The notes below the pieces were generated by a model, which ran no database searches, was not told the DNA's origin, and worked only from the letters and a program-made list of their open reading frames with translations. Positions 42,126 to 56,917 of a stretch of DNA of 64,000 bases are shown piece by piece (within the stretch, counting starts at the first letter, position 1; every line of letters starts with the position of its first letter). Origin of the DNA: the human T2T-CHM13v2.0 reference genome, Homo sapiens; the NCBI RefSeq assembly GCF_009914755.1, contig NC_060945.1, one strand, 5' to 3'. The translations under genes were made by a program, and so were the position numbers.

Positions 42126-42859
42126 TTAGTAAATTTGAAACTTTTGACCAAGCTTTAATTAGTGAAGAGGGCATGTTCCTGAGTTGGTTAACGGCTGGAT
42201 TGAGGGTGGAAGGTCTGGATGAATTGCTAGAGAGAGGAGTTTGTAGCCCGGGCTGAGATTATTCTTTCTGGATGGGAATTGGATTTTCCAAAGTTGAATA
42301 CACACCCACTTGATTTTAAATTAAGAAATGCTGTTTAGAAAAGCATGAATCTAAAAGGGGGAGTGAGGACAGGAACTAGAAATGGCCTTGAGAAAAACCC
42401 ACACCTCATGAAGGTCTGACTTTTTTTAGTATTTTCTTTTGTACTATGTGAAAATAAATCTTATTTCATGTTATTTAACAATTTTTCCTCCTTCAGAATA
42501 ATTAATTTTAATTTAATCAGAAAGTTGATAAAGCTTGATATATCTTCTTAATAATAGTTAGAAATAAGGAAAACGCTGTAAGAAAATGTGACTTACCTTA
42601 TGTTTTTTAATCACCCGTGGGGAAAGAATAGCATTCTATCCTGCGAAGTTGAACTGAATGACAATGAGGGCAGTGAGAGGTGGTGCATGAAAGGTTAGAC
42701 AGGAACAAGGCGATCAGTTGAAACTGAGGTAACTACTGTAAGAATAACTCAAGAAGGATATTAGATAAAATCTCCCCTTTCCCTACACTAGTTTGTAAAG
42801 AATGGAGCCAATAAGTTTACTGGAATTGTACATAATATACACTTAGTGCACATAATTGC

Positions 42860-43720
42860 ATTCAGCAATCATTTATAAAACAAACGCCAAGTTTATTTTA
42901 TTTCAGGCAGTGGAATAGATACTGGTGTGAAGAGGTATACAAGATCAAGATCCTGATCTGACTGAGCTCTCATGCTACTAAGGAAACTAAACTAACAGGT
43001 GACTTTTATAGCCTTGTGTGATAGGTATACTAATAGAAGATGATTAGATGGAATTCTTCAATGAGATCCCAGGGAAAAAATATTTACTTTGATCAAGTTA
43101 AAACAACAACAAAGAACTTTATGAGATGTGATTTGACAAACGAGTAGAAAGATGGAGGGAAGAGCATTACAATCTTACAGAACAGAATGTACAAAGAACT
43201 GGCCACAGTGGCACACATTATCTGTAAAATAGTTAAAGGATGCCGGGTGTGGTGGCTCACTCCTGCAATCCCCGCACTTTGGGAGGCTGAGGAGGGCGGA
43301 TTGCCTGAGGTCAGGAGTTTGAGACCAGTCTGGCCAACATGGTGAAACCCCGTCTCTACTAAAAACACAAAAAAATTAGCCAGACGTGGTGTCATGTGCC
43401 TATAATCCCAGCTACTCGGGAGGCTGAGGCAGGGAGGTGGAGGTTGCAGTGAGTCGAGATTGCACCACTGCACTCCAGCGTGGGAGACAGAGTGAGACTC
43501 CATCTTAAAAAAAAATAATAAAATAAATGAAAAATAAAGGAAATCAGAATGGCTGAGATACATGGTGAAAAGCAGGGAGTGTCAACATATAATGGTTGAA
43601 AGATTAGTGAGTAATACTTGAAAATCATCTGAAATTCCAAAGAGTTCAGACTTTGGTCCAAATATCTTGGGCAAAGTTAAAAGATTTTAGCAGAAAGTCA
43701 ATATTCATTTTAGAAAGAAG
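42860..43720 (-). mobile_element. L2 fragment interrupted by AluS
   Basis: CATTCAGCAATCATTTAT...CAAGATCCTGATCTGACTGAGCTCTCA...AGTTCAGACTTTGGTCC. Confidence 0.55.
43241..43533 (+). mobile_element. AluSx/Sz with ~18-nt deletion in the right monomer
   Basis: GGATTGCCTGAGGTCAGGAG; GAGGCTGAGGCAG|GGAGGTGGAGG lacks GAGAATCGCTTGAACCCG; TSD core TAAAGGA. Confidence 0.92.
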
Positions 43721-43865
43721 TACTACCTAACCTATTGTTTCTTCTTGTAATTTTTGTGTACTCTCCAGCCCATTGTAAAGGAAAAATAAAATGTTACTGC
43801 CTAGCATATAATAAATGAAAAATAAAGGGTTTGTAAAGTGATCTACTCTAAATTTCTTTATCTTT

Positions 43866-45059
43866 TTAAAATATTTTATTTTATTTTATTTTATTTTATT
43901 TTATGTTCCAGGATACATGTACAGGACATGCAGGTTTGTTACATAGGTAAATGTGGTGTTTTACTGCACCTATCTACCCATCACCTAGGTATTAAGCCCC
44001 ACGTGCATTAACTATTTGTTTGGATGCTCTCCATCCCTCCAACCCTGAAACAGGCCCCAATGCGTGTTGTTCCCCTCCCTGTGTCCATGTTGTCTCATTG
44101 TTCAGTTCCCTCTTATAAAGAGAGAACATGTAGTGTTTGGTTTTCTGTTCTTCTGTTAGTTTGCTTAGTATAATGGTTTCCAGCTCCATCCATGTCCCTG
44201 CAAAGGACATGATCTCATTCTTTTTTTATGGTCACATAGTATTCCATGGTATATATGTACCACATTTCCTTTATCCACTCTATGACTGATGGGCATTTGG
44301 GTTGACTCCATGTCTTTGCTATTGTGAATAGTGCTGCAATAAATATACAAGTGCATGTATTTTTATAATAGAATGATTTATATTCCTTTGAGTATATATC
44401 CAGTAATGGGATTGCTGGGTCAAATGGTATTTCTGGTTCTAGATCTTTGAGGAATCATCATCACACTGTCTTCCACAATGGTTGAACTAATTTGCATTCC
44501 CACCAACAGTGTAAAAGTGTTCATATTTCTCCACAGCCTCACGAGCATCTGTTATTTCTTGATCTGTTCTTTCATTTTAATAATCACTATTGTGACTGGT
44601 GTGAGATGGTATCTCATTACCTGACTTCAAACTATACTACAAGGCTACAATAACCAAAACAACATGGTACTGGCACAAAAACAGACACGTAGAACAAAGG
44701 AACGGAATAGACATCTCAGAAATAAGACTGCACATCTACAAACATCTGGTATTTGGTAAAACTGACAAAAAGAAGTAATGGGAAAGGATTCCCTATTTAC
44801 TAAGTGGTGCTGAGAAAACTCACTAGTCATATACAGAAAATTGTAACTGGACCCCTTTCCAACACCTTATACAAAAGTTAACTCAAGATGAATTAAAGAC
44901 TTAAATGTAAAAATCCTAAAATATAAAAACCCTAGAAGAAAATCTAGGCAACACCCATAGGCATGGGCAAACATTTCATGACAAAAATGTCAAAAGCAAT
45001 TGCAACCAAAGCCAAAATTGACAAATGGAATCTAATTAAATTAAAAAACTGCTGAACAG

Positions 45060-45105
<46 letters not shown>

Positions 45106-45343
45106 CTACCACCAAAGTGAACAGACAACCTACAGAATGGGAGAATATTTTTGCAATCTATCCATGTGGCAAAGGTCTAATATCCATAATCTACAAGGAA
45201 CTTAAACAAATTTACAAGAATTAAACAAATAACCCCATTGAAAAGTGGGCAAAGGACAGACACTTCTCAAAAGAAGACATTTATATGGCAAAGAAACACA
45301 GGGATAAAACCTGAACATTACTAATCATTAGAGCAATGCAAAT
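43866..45343 (-). mobile_element. L1PA (PA8-10-like) with twin-priming 5' inversion: minus 43866-44618, plus 44615-45343
   Basis: (TTTTA)n tail, 3'UTR GGTATTAAGCCCCAC, strand switch at CATT (44615-44618), 16-bp TSD AAATTTCTTTATCTTT / AAATTTCCTTGTCTTT. Confidence 0.93.
45062..45101. repeat. Pure (CA)~20 microsatellite inside L1
   Basis: Direct reading. Confidence 0.97.
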
Positions 45344-46714
45344 TTCCTTGTCTTTAAAGAAATTTCTGTTGGGCTGTCATCCATTGCTGCAAAAGAAATA
45401 TATATTTAGGAATCACTGCTTGATTTTCAGCTCCCTCAAATTATTGTTACAGTTAATTAGGTTTTCCCAGTCTTTTTGCTTATTTCACAAACAAAATAAA
45501 CCCTATAATTTTTTAAAGGCATATGTCTTACTCTTCACTGCCCCTTGAATTTCTCTGTACTATAAGACTTAAAAAAAGGAAACTTGTTTCTTAAACCTCT
45601 TTAAAATTACTTTTTGGGAACATAGATTTTTGTTGTCTAACATCCATCCACATTCTGCTTTTCATTTTCCCAGCTCTATTAGTTCCTGGTAAATTTTGTG
45701 CAGATCACATCATGCAGTTCTCTTGGGTGCACAAGAATCAAATAAAGAGGCTCAGCCACCCATGTCTATTCCTCTGCCTTTTGCAAAAGACAATCTTTCC
45801 TAATTAGCAGGTGTCTGGTTGGTTTAATTCCCCTGTCACTGCCAAGTTCTGTACCTTGGCTACCAAGAAACTGTTTCTTGAAGAGATTACTTTCTTTGAC
45901 TATTACTGTAAAATACATAATTACTAGCTTTCTTTAATCTGATTAATTTTCTCCATTGATGTCTAATTGTTTATGTTTCTCTACTTTTTGGCCTGAGAAC
46001 ACATATATAGTAAATTTGTTTTAAATCGATGTGTTCCTGAATATATACTTTGTAAGAGTAACTGGGCAATACATATATTTTTAAATAAGTGTTTCCCCTG
46101 CCTCTACCTACCCTTATTTAATCATATATTTATTGTCTCTCTGGTTAGCCTAAGATAGCCATTGCGTTATAATTACATTGTACACAAGAAAGGTTCTGTT
46201 GAGAAAAAAGAGGTTGTTCACTACTCCAAAACTCAAAATTTACCCGTAGCAACAACGTCATCATTCAGGGTGATATAGCACCAATATATGTTCCTGAAGA
46301 ATTAGGAGAGTAAATAAGGATGGTCAGGCAGCCAGCTTTCCCGGTTTGAACTCTTCATTTCCTTCATGGTGTGTATGCAAAGTTGAGAATTGTCAGACCT
46401 GACTTGTAATTCCCTGTGGCTGAGGCACTGTTGCTAGGGACAGGACAACCTGGACCAAGAGCCAAATTGAGTGTATGGCATAAACTCACAGGGGTCTTTA
46501 GCATGAACAGGAGGTGACAGGAACCTGAACCACCCAAAGTCAGTGTCTTTGCTCTGACTGAGCTGAGAAAGTGGAGATGGCAGGCTGACCAAGCACGGGC
46601 ATTTGAAGAGCTTGCCAGCAGAGTCTCAATGGTTTCTGACAATGTCAAGCATGGCCCAGTTTCTGACAACGTTAAGCACGGCCCCAGCCCTGTGCTCCCA
46701 AAACACAGGAACAG

Positions 46715-47351
46715 TCAAGAATCTCCCAAGCATTTGGGGTTCTCCGACATGGCTGACTGCAAAGAACCAGCGTTTGCCACATGACTTTGATAAGACTCAT
46801 GAACGGCCCCTGTTTTACCTAAGACAAGTCCAGACAGGCCTCTGCAACTCCCATTTTTTGTATTATAAATGATTACTTGAACAGTTTTTCACCACTAACC
46901 AATCTAGACAAAATGCCTTCTAACGACCAAACAATAGTCAGGTTTCTCTCCTACCCTAGTCTCCTGAAACTTTATTCCATTTTAAACATTGTAATGCTAA
47001 ACAACTCTTCCTTAATGGCCAACCCCCACCCTTGCCCCAGAATTGGTTGACCTACCTCAGGAAAAAATATCTCCTAATCAACGGCCCTTTCGTACTACCA
47101 CGTATCCAACTCTTTGACACCAGGTTATTTCTAGCCTTATTTACCACTCCCTGAAAAAGGAAGCCCCTTTTCAACGCCATGTGATACAGTTGTAGATTAT
47201 CTCCTACTGAAGGGTCTTCATATTGCAACAATCCCCTGTTCCTATTGCAGAAGTCCTTCTGCTCTATTACCATAGTCCTCAATCCTTTATTGAAACAATC
47301 ATTTTGAGTAAGGTTTCTTTTTACTGACATCCAAAATGGTTTGCATTTAAC
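46715..47351 (+). mobile_element. Old ERV1-class LTR (MER90/MER92/MER110-like)
   Basis: Pyrimidine-rich LTR-like body, repeated CTATTGCA motifs near the 3' end, terminal TTTAACA; subfamily uncertain. Confidence 0.5.
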
Positions 47352-49879
47352 AGTACGTACTCAAGGACTAGACCTGGAGATTAGGCGAGAGACATGCCTT
47401 TCCTCTAATGACTCAAAGTCATAAAAGTTCATTTCTCATATCTCTAATGACAACTGTGAGAGGAGCAAGGGAAGATGGAGACACCTTAAGCATGAATTAT
47501 GATCCCAAAGACATTAACTTTAACTTCTAGATTCTATATAAATTATTGGATCAAACTAAGTTTTAAATTAATTTTTGCTAAAATTATTTTTATTTCTTCT
47601 ATACCCAGGTTTATCATGAGGAGAAAGCTCATCAAAAAGAAAGTTTAGAGAATTAAATAAAATATTTACTCTGTAAATCTGAGTGCCATATGAATAAATT
47701 TGTGAGCTGACTAGTCACATAAATTTTGGAACTTGAAAGTTAGTCCTTTTTTACTTAGCTTCTGTTTCTTATTTTATGAATCTTTTCCTGAGTCCTTCAA
47801 CCTAGCCTTTTATATATTTCACTTATTATCTTGCTTTGTTTTCAATTTTATTTTTTTGATGGTTTAAATACCTTGTTTTTCTGAGGCAATTTCTCGTTAA
47901 CAGCAAAATAGGAAACAAAAACGGCTTCCTGTGAAAATTATTTTATTCATTTAAGAAAGATGAGATAAAGGAATCTATCACCTTTTGCCTCATTCTTGGT
48001 CCCTTTCTCTAACAATCTTGTGCCTTGCTCTTAGTATATTCTAGCCACATTATTATTTTTTTATTTGATTTTGTTGTGTTTTGTTTTTAGTTAGGGTTTT
48101 TTTTTGGTCTATTTTCATTTGGCAGTGAGGGTGCTGTCTACTTCCTAATAAAAACTTATATGTCATTTTAAATATTTTTACATAAACAAGAAGTAGAATT
48201 TTGTTTAGCTCTACGATCGGAAAGATTTTAGGACCACTATAACATTTAACCAATTTCCTGGAATTTCATTTTCAAAAAAATGGAGTATAAGCTGATTTTA
48301 TAATATATTCACAACATTATTTGCTCAGCTAAGTTCCTTCCAAGCCCTGTAAATTGTCCTTGATCTACAAAAGCACTCTTCTTGATTATTTATGAATGTT
48401 ATTTATACAGTAAAATGCAATGGCAATGCCAAGCAACCTACTTTACAGTAGGTTAAACTCTACAGAGAAAATGTATTTCTAAACATTCAATCTTGACAGG
48501 CATACATTATACAGGGACAAATATCAGGCATGAGATAATTCATGCTGGTAATTATTTTAAAACAGCAGGAAATAGAACATTATCGTTACAGAAATTTGCC
48601 AGGAGAAGCTTGATTTTTAATAGATGATGTGGAAATACATAATGATTTAGGATAGAACATTTAAAATTTTCGAAGACAAAAGAAACAAAGTGGGTGGTCA
48701 AAAGGAAGGTTGGGTTGGATTGTAGAGGCTGGAGAAGGCATGCTGAGACAAGGGCGTAACGGCAGCAAAGTCCTTCAGAAGCGTGAGAACAGGTGTGTAA
48801 GGGGCTACACAAAATGACTTAATGAAGAGTAAAAGAGAAAGATAGCAGAAGGGGAAAATGTGGTCTTAATAGCAAATGAAAGCTGTTAAGGAAATTTGCA
48901 CACAGTAGAATTCATACAATGTCTATGCCCACTAAATTGCAGACTTTACTCTGTCAGACATGGCTGTATTTGTTACTTAACTTGAGGCAATTGAAAGTTT
49001 GCAAAAACAAAAACATTTTCCTCTCATGTCCCATGCTCACTGAGGGGATATAGAAAACCGTAAAGCTCAAATGGCACAGCTCAAGCTCTGATCTTTTCTG
49101 AAGATGATCTTTTCTCTACCTATTAATCTTTCTTGGAAATATTCACCTAGAGAGGAAAAATGCTTTTTCTTCCATCACAAAAGAGGCAAGCCTTTGAAAA
49201 CCAGTCTTTGTTCTTCACAATGTGAACTTGTATAATGTACAAAGAAGTCTCTCAGAAGCCCATAAACAAAAGAACACCTTGCTGTACACAAGTTATCTGT
49301 TTAACTAAGAGCCCTTTCTTCTCCTCTGTCCTGATTTAAAGTATTTCAATGTGCCACAAAACTAAGATCTAATCATTGCAACACTTGGCAAAGGATTCCC
49401 ACTGAGATTTTAGAAAAAAGCAACATACAATTTTATGTTAAGATGGGCTCCAAAAGCACATTGGAAATTGGTTAGAGATTGTTTACTTTTTTCATTAAAA
49501 ATATTTAAGAAAATTAGATTTTCAGTGAAAGATATGCACTGCTTTTAGAAATAATGTTTATAAGTTATTTGCCAACATAAATATTTTCAAATGAAGTTGT
49601 GGAATGTACATGTTAATCCATATAGTTGACTTGTACTATTATACCTGAACCAGAAGCACTGATCAAAAACAATTGTTTATATCAAAAGTATACTTTTTTT
49701 GTTTTCTTTTCAACTGTGGGAAGAAATTTTGACTTGTGGAACAGATAGACTTTTGCTATCATCCTAAGTTGAAAGTTCTAGCCTGCCAAAAATGTAAAGC
49801 ATTTTGCCCTATGTGAACTTTACCCATCCTTGTTTTTGTGTATCTGTAATATTCATATAATATATACAATATATGTAAT

Positions 49880-50248
49880 TTTAGAATAAAAAGGAATGAA
49901 TTACTGATATGTGCTATAAGATGGATAAAACTTGAAAATATTATAAGAGAAAGAGAAGTCAATCACAAAAAGACCACATATTGTATAATTTCCTTTGTAC
50001 ATAATGCCCAGAATAGCCAAATCAATAAAGACAGAAACTAGATTTGCTGTTGCCTAGGGATAGAGGGGAGGGGAGGAAGTGATTACTAATGGGTATGTGA
50101 TTTATTTGCTGGCTGATGAAAATTTTCTAAATTTAAAATGTGACAATCGTTATACAACTCAGTGAACATACTAGAAATCACTGAACTGTACACTACACAT
50201 GGGTGAATTTTATATGTGAAGTATCTCTCAGTAAGAATGTTTAAAAAT
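49880..50248 (+). mobile_element. L1MB7/8-like 3' end
   Basis: AATAAAAAGGAATGAATTACTGAT...CACAAAAAGACCACATATTGTAT...CACTGAACTGTACACT...GGGTGAATTTTAT. Confidence 0.85.
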
Positions 50249-50270
50249 TATGAGTACAGGAAGTCATTTT

Positions 50271-50590
50271 GGCCAGATGCAGAGGCTCATGCCTGTAATC
50301 TTAACATTCTGGGAAGCTGACCCAGGAGGGTTGCTTGAGGCCAGGAGTTTGAGATCAGCCTGGGCAACATAGTGAGATCCCATCTTCATAAATACATAAA
50401 AGATAAAATAAATTAGCTGGGCGTGTTGGTACGTACCTGTAGACCTAGCTACTCGGGAGGCTGAGATGGAAGGATCTCTTGAGCCCAGGAGGTTGAGGCT
50501 GTGGAAAGCTGTGCTCAGGCCAGTGCACTCCAACCTAGGTTATCGAGCAAGACCTTGTCTAAAATAAATATAAACAAATATAAAGAAGAT
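50271..50590 (+). mobile_element. AluJ (Jo/Jr-like)
   Basis: GCTTGAGGCCAGGAGTTTGAG...GGGCAACATAGTGAGA; TTGAGCCCAGGAGGTTGAGGCTG. Confidence 0.92.
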
Positions 50591-50982
50591 AAAAGTAATT
50601 TGAAGTGAATAACCCAAGAAAAAATTACGCAACATTTATCAAAATGAGATATCTCATTAAGCTCTCATCTAAGAAACTGAAATAATTAAAATTGCTTTTG
50701 ATATTCATATAAAAATGAACTTGTACTCACACATAATGAAAATAATACTAAAAATAAATATGTCACAAAGGAGAAATCCTTTTAGATGATGACCTAGATG
50801 ATAGAAGCAGAATGAAAAATAGTAATGAAAGAGTAGATAAGACATAAACAAAATCTCTCCTTTCCTCTGCCCTGCTGTATGTGTGGAACCACAAAATACA
50901 GCTGTGGATTCTTCTCCCACACGTGAAGAGAGAATGAAGCTGCTCATGAGTGACCTTTAGAATCAAAGCACTCTGAGTATGA

Positions 50983-51470
<488 letters not shown>

Positions 51471-52336
51471 TAATAGAATTCCCTAAAACCAACTATTGGA
51501 CCCAGAGGGATGCATGGAACCCACCTTTAAAACCCCTGCTCTGCACACTGGAAAAGTAGGAATAGCTAACAATCCAGAGACATAGAAGAATTATTCTTAC
51601 AAGGTTTCAGTTTGGCCAAAAACAAGGCTTTTGGGGGTGTTATTGGCTACAAGTAACTGACCACATGAAGTAAATGGAGTTAGGAACTAGGTGTGCAATG
51701 TAGACCAACACACTGGAACATAGGGCATAGACTGAGAGCAACAGAGGACTACAATAGGAAGAACAGAGTCAATTTAACCTGAGTTCCTATTGAATGTTTG
51801 CTATTTAAGAGTTGTTAATCACAGGTTTTAATTGGTTTACTTCTCCAGCAAAAGTAGAAAAATATCTATACCATATTTTTGCTATCAGTACCAAATAAAA
51901 TTATGTATGTATAGCAGGTACTACAGTACCTAGTGCTAAGTGGGTACACAGAATAAGATTATTTGTTTTGTGAAAAAGCCTCGATATTTCAGAATAGAAG
52001 CATAAATAGTAGGACTTGAGCTCTACCTATAAAATTACAGGGAGTGTTAAAGCCTAAATCCTGAGATTAAAGAGAGCCATTCATCACCCAAAGAGACTAG
52101 CAAGTGGAATTTAGTTGCAGAAACACAGAAAGTTAGAGTAATAGGTTGTGTGGTACTGACAACAAGGCTGTCTTCATTCAGAGTTATCTTCTGAGACAGT
52201 GGTTCCTTTCATATGCCATAGAGGGTGAGGTCTTGGATTTTCCTGAAGATAGAGTTGAGCTTACATTAGAGGGCACTTTACACACCCAAACCTACCAAGA
52301 GCTGAGCTGTGCAGAGTCGAAAACCTAGTAGCTTGT

Positions 52337-52772
<436 letters not shown>

Positions 52773-52789
52773 TTACCTTAATACTGGAT

Positions 52790-52950
52790 GTACACAGGGA
52801 TTTGGAAGGCGTTCTGAGAAGATCAGAATGATTAATGGAAGCAACTCACTGAGTTATGAAGAAAGATTGCAGGAAGTAAAAATGTATTGTTTACTTAAGG
52901 ATTAGTTGTCTAAAGATATGTTAATAGTCTCCCAGTTCTTGAAAGGTAAA
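52790..52950 (+). mobile_element. L3/CR1 LINE ORF2 3' relic
   Basis: TGGAAGGCGTTCTGAGAAG...ATGATTAATGG...TTATGAAGAAAGATTGCAGGAAGTAAAAATGTATTGTTTA resembles the CR1 RT C-terminal Y-E-E-R-L-x-E-L motif (here YEERLQEV). Confidence 0.6.
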
Positions 52951-53194
52951 AATAACATGCTGTCCTTCATAAGCAAATTTAAAATTACTAGCCCATCAAC
53001 AGTAAAAACATGTACTTAAAGTTATTTTTCTCAGGGATGAGAATAGCTTCTAGCAAATTAAAAAAAAAATCCTACCTTCAATTCCTCTGATAAACAATAG
53101 AATTCATGTAATGAGGCAGCACGGATGATGCTGCTTGTAAAAGAAAAAAAGATAAACACTCTAACTTTAATAGAGACTGTCTTTGATCTTTTAC

Positions 53195-54625
<1,431 letters not shown>

Positions 54626-55034
54626 TTTTCATTGGACACTTCTTAAAACAAGTGTTAATAATGCTAAAATCACTTCAAATGTCAATACCAGCATCAAGTC
54701 TATCCAGACAAAATGAAACTAATAATTAAACAATTTTATCATAGACTTAGGCAATGGAAAATTGGCAATCTGAAGTCTTTTGAATTTATAAAGGTGCTTT
54801 TTACAAACTGGGTTCTACAGTGAAGGAAAGGTAAAAATACATCATTTTAAAAATAACATTTGACTACATACCAGGGAAAATTTTCTTAAAATTTCATTAC
54901 TTCATTTTTATGAGTTCTCACTTACATAGAATTACATTATTTTTATCTCATCTATAGCTCACTTATATAAGCCAAATCAGACATCATCCTGCCCAATCTT
55001 TTCTAAAAAATATACATAATTTTTATTAGAAAAT

Positions 55035-55139
55035 AAAAATATGAAATGCTTCACAAATTTGCATGCCATTTTTTGCAGGTATATGCTAGCCTTTTCTGTA
55101 TTATTCCAGTTTTAGTAGATATGCTATCTACTTGAACAC
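55035..55139 (-). pseudogene. U6 snRNA retro-pseudogene (RNU6-P type), full length
   Basis: Reverse complement aligns end to end with U6 (GTG...ATATCTACTAAAACTGGAATAATACAGAAAAGGCTAGCAT...GCAAATTTGTGAAGCATTTCATATTTTT); CpG decay; ACAGAGA box mutated; no upstream PSE or TATA. Confidence 0.93.
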
Positions 55140-55789
55140 AGAATCTCTTTTTATTATTATTACAAGGATAGTTGAGATTCAGGGGCTACATTGAGAGGAT
55201 GGCCAGTTAATCACCTCTTTAAAATAAAAATAAATCTTTGCATTACCCCCCAAAAGCCATCTGGATAGGGAAAGAATGAATTATGTCATGAAGTTGACAT
55301 TTTTTACCATTGGAGGTTTACATGATAAAACAATATGGTGAAAGAGAATGTTGACTTTCATGTGGATTTTAGTTGTGTAAATGGATTTAGCAACTTTATT
55401 TGAGGAACCAGTTCCATTTACTAAACTAATATCAATAAGCTGATTACTTGAAAGTTAAATATATTAATGAAACAAATATATTTTCTGATAATGTTTATTT
55501 AATGACCACAATTTTACATGTCTTACAAATACAAAAACAATGAAAAAATACCTCCATTTCTTTTTGTGCTTTCTTGTTCTTATTATAGTCTTTTCTTTAA
55601 AACAACTTTGTCCAGGCAAAAAAGTTAAACTAGATGAAAAATCCACAGTGTTACTTTTGGACTTAGTAAAGCCACTGTGCATTGTTTGCACCAAAAGAGC
55701 ATTGTATATTGATAGCAGAAAACCTAGAATCCTCATTGTAAATGGAAACATAAGTAGAAAAACAATATCATACTAATACATGTGCCTTT

Positions 55790-55897
55790 GATTCTACTGC
55801 AGAATTAAATAGAAAGCATGAACAAGATTCCATTGCATAGCTAAATAGTTAGCATGAACAAGATTCTACTGTATAGCTACATAAGATGCATGAACAA
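55790..55897. repeat. 3 x 36-bp diverged tandem repeat
   Basis: Units GATTC(T/C)A(C/T)TG...GCATGAACAA start at 55790, 55826 and 55862. Confidence 0.9.
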
Positions 55898-55939
55898 TGA
55901 ACAGCAAAAAATGTTTGTAAACTTTATAAATTATTGATC

Positions 55940-56114
55940 AGATGTGAGGTGGATCTGGCTGCCACCTGGGTCACCCCATTGATTGCCAGGTTGACCTGGT
56001 TGATCCAGCTGGCTAGGCCAGTGTCCCCTGCCTCCTTCATGGCTCTGCGTTGCAAGCTCATGGAGGATGAGGATGATGTGTTCATTAAAAGACTGTTCTT
56101 CTGTTTAGGGTATA
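55940..56114 (+). pseudogene. 7SK snRNA retro-pseudogene (RN7SK-P type), 3'-truncated and tailless
   Basis: GATGTGAGGTGGATCTGGCTGCC...GTCACCCCATTGATTGCCAGG...GCTGGCTAGGCCAGTGTCCCC matches the 7SK 5' end; stops at ...AGGGTATA, roughly 7SK nt 195. Confidence 0.93.
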
Positions 56115-56917
56115 AATGATTCATTACTAAAATGTATGAATAAAACAAATACACAAAAAGTCAATTGAATTGCATAAATATTTCTCATACAACATGGCTA
56201 AAAATGTCCTCTCTTCCTAAATGGACTTTATGTCCTGTGAAACTCTTCCAGCTCATTTACATGCATAACTTCACCACTGGTTGTAATTCACGTATTATTG
56301 CTAAATCAAACAGTCATTGAAAACATATGGTCAGAAACTAATTTAAGAAAGAATATTTGTCTTTTTTATATTTTTCAAAAGAATATTAGGTACAAAGTAA
56401 AAACTCACTGAAGCTTCTTAAATGAGTGTTATTTTGAAAGTTAAACTATTCAGATTTATTAGTGATTCTGTCAGTTGTTTATAAAATCACACATTCTGGT
56501 TTCACCTTCATTCTAAATTTTTAACTTAAACAAAAGGAGCAGCTCTTCTGAATGTAAAAAATGTGCTATTATAAACCATCTGTATTTTTGTTAATGGTGA
56601 AAAATATAAGGAAAAGTAAAATAATTTGCATATAGATACAGACACATTTCATTCTCACTTTTAAATAAATGGGCTTATTTTGGTCAGTTAATTCACTGGG
56701 AGATATTCTGAGTTGTGTATATCAATCAACTCTAATGCAAGGTATCTTGCAGAAAAAAAATGGACCCATCTACCTTTCACTTTGCAGGAAGAACTGGAGC
56801 TTAGATGGACTCTTTGATCAGAAGATCAAAATATTTAACAAACATAAATGCATGTTCTGGACATTGCAGTACCTCACATTGCTATAATATCAGGATCAGC
56901 AATGAACTCTTTATAAC

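Noticed and set aside
47585-47660. Isolated strong 3' splice-site-like sequences (also near 11081, 27481, 62506)
   Set aside because: No well-placed matching donors; pyrimidine-tract/AG motifs are common in AT-rich DNA.
55790-55897. CRISPR-like array (36-bp periodicity)
   Set aside because: Units are directly adjacent with no unique spacers, the context is human, and there are no cas genes.
55035-56114. U6 and 7SK as functional Pol III genes
   Set aside because: Many substitutions including CpG decay, a mutated U6 ACAGAGA box, 7SK truncation, and no PSE. The TATAAA upstream of 7SK is at about -15 and belongs to the TSD.
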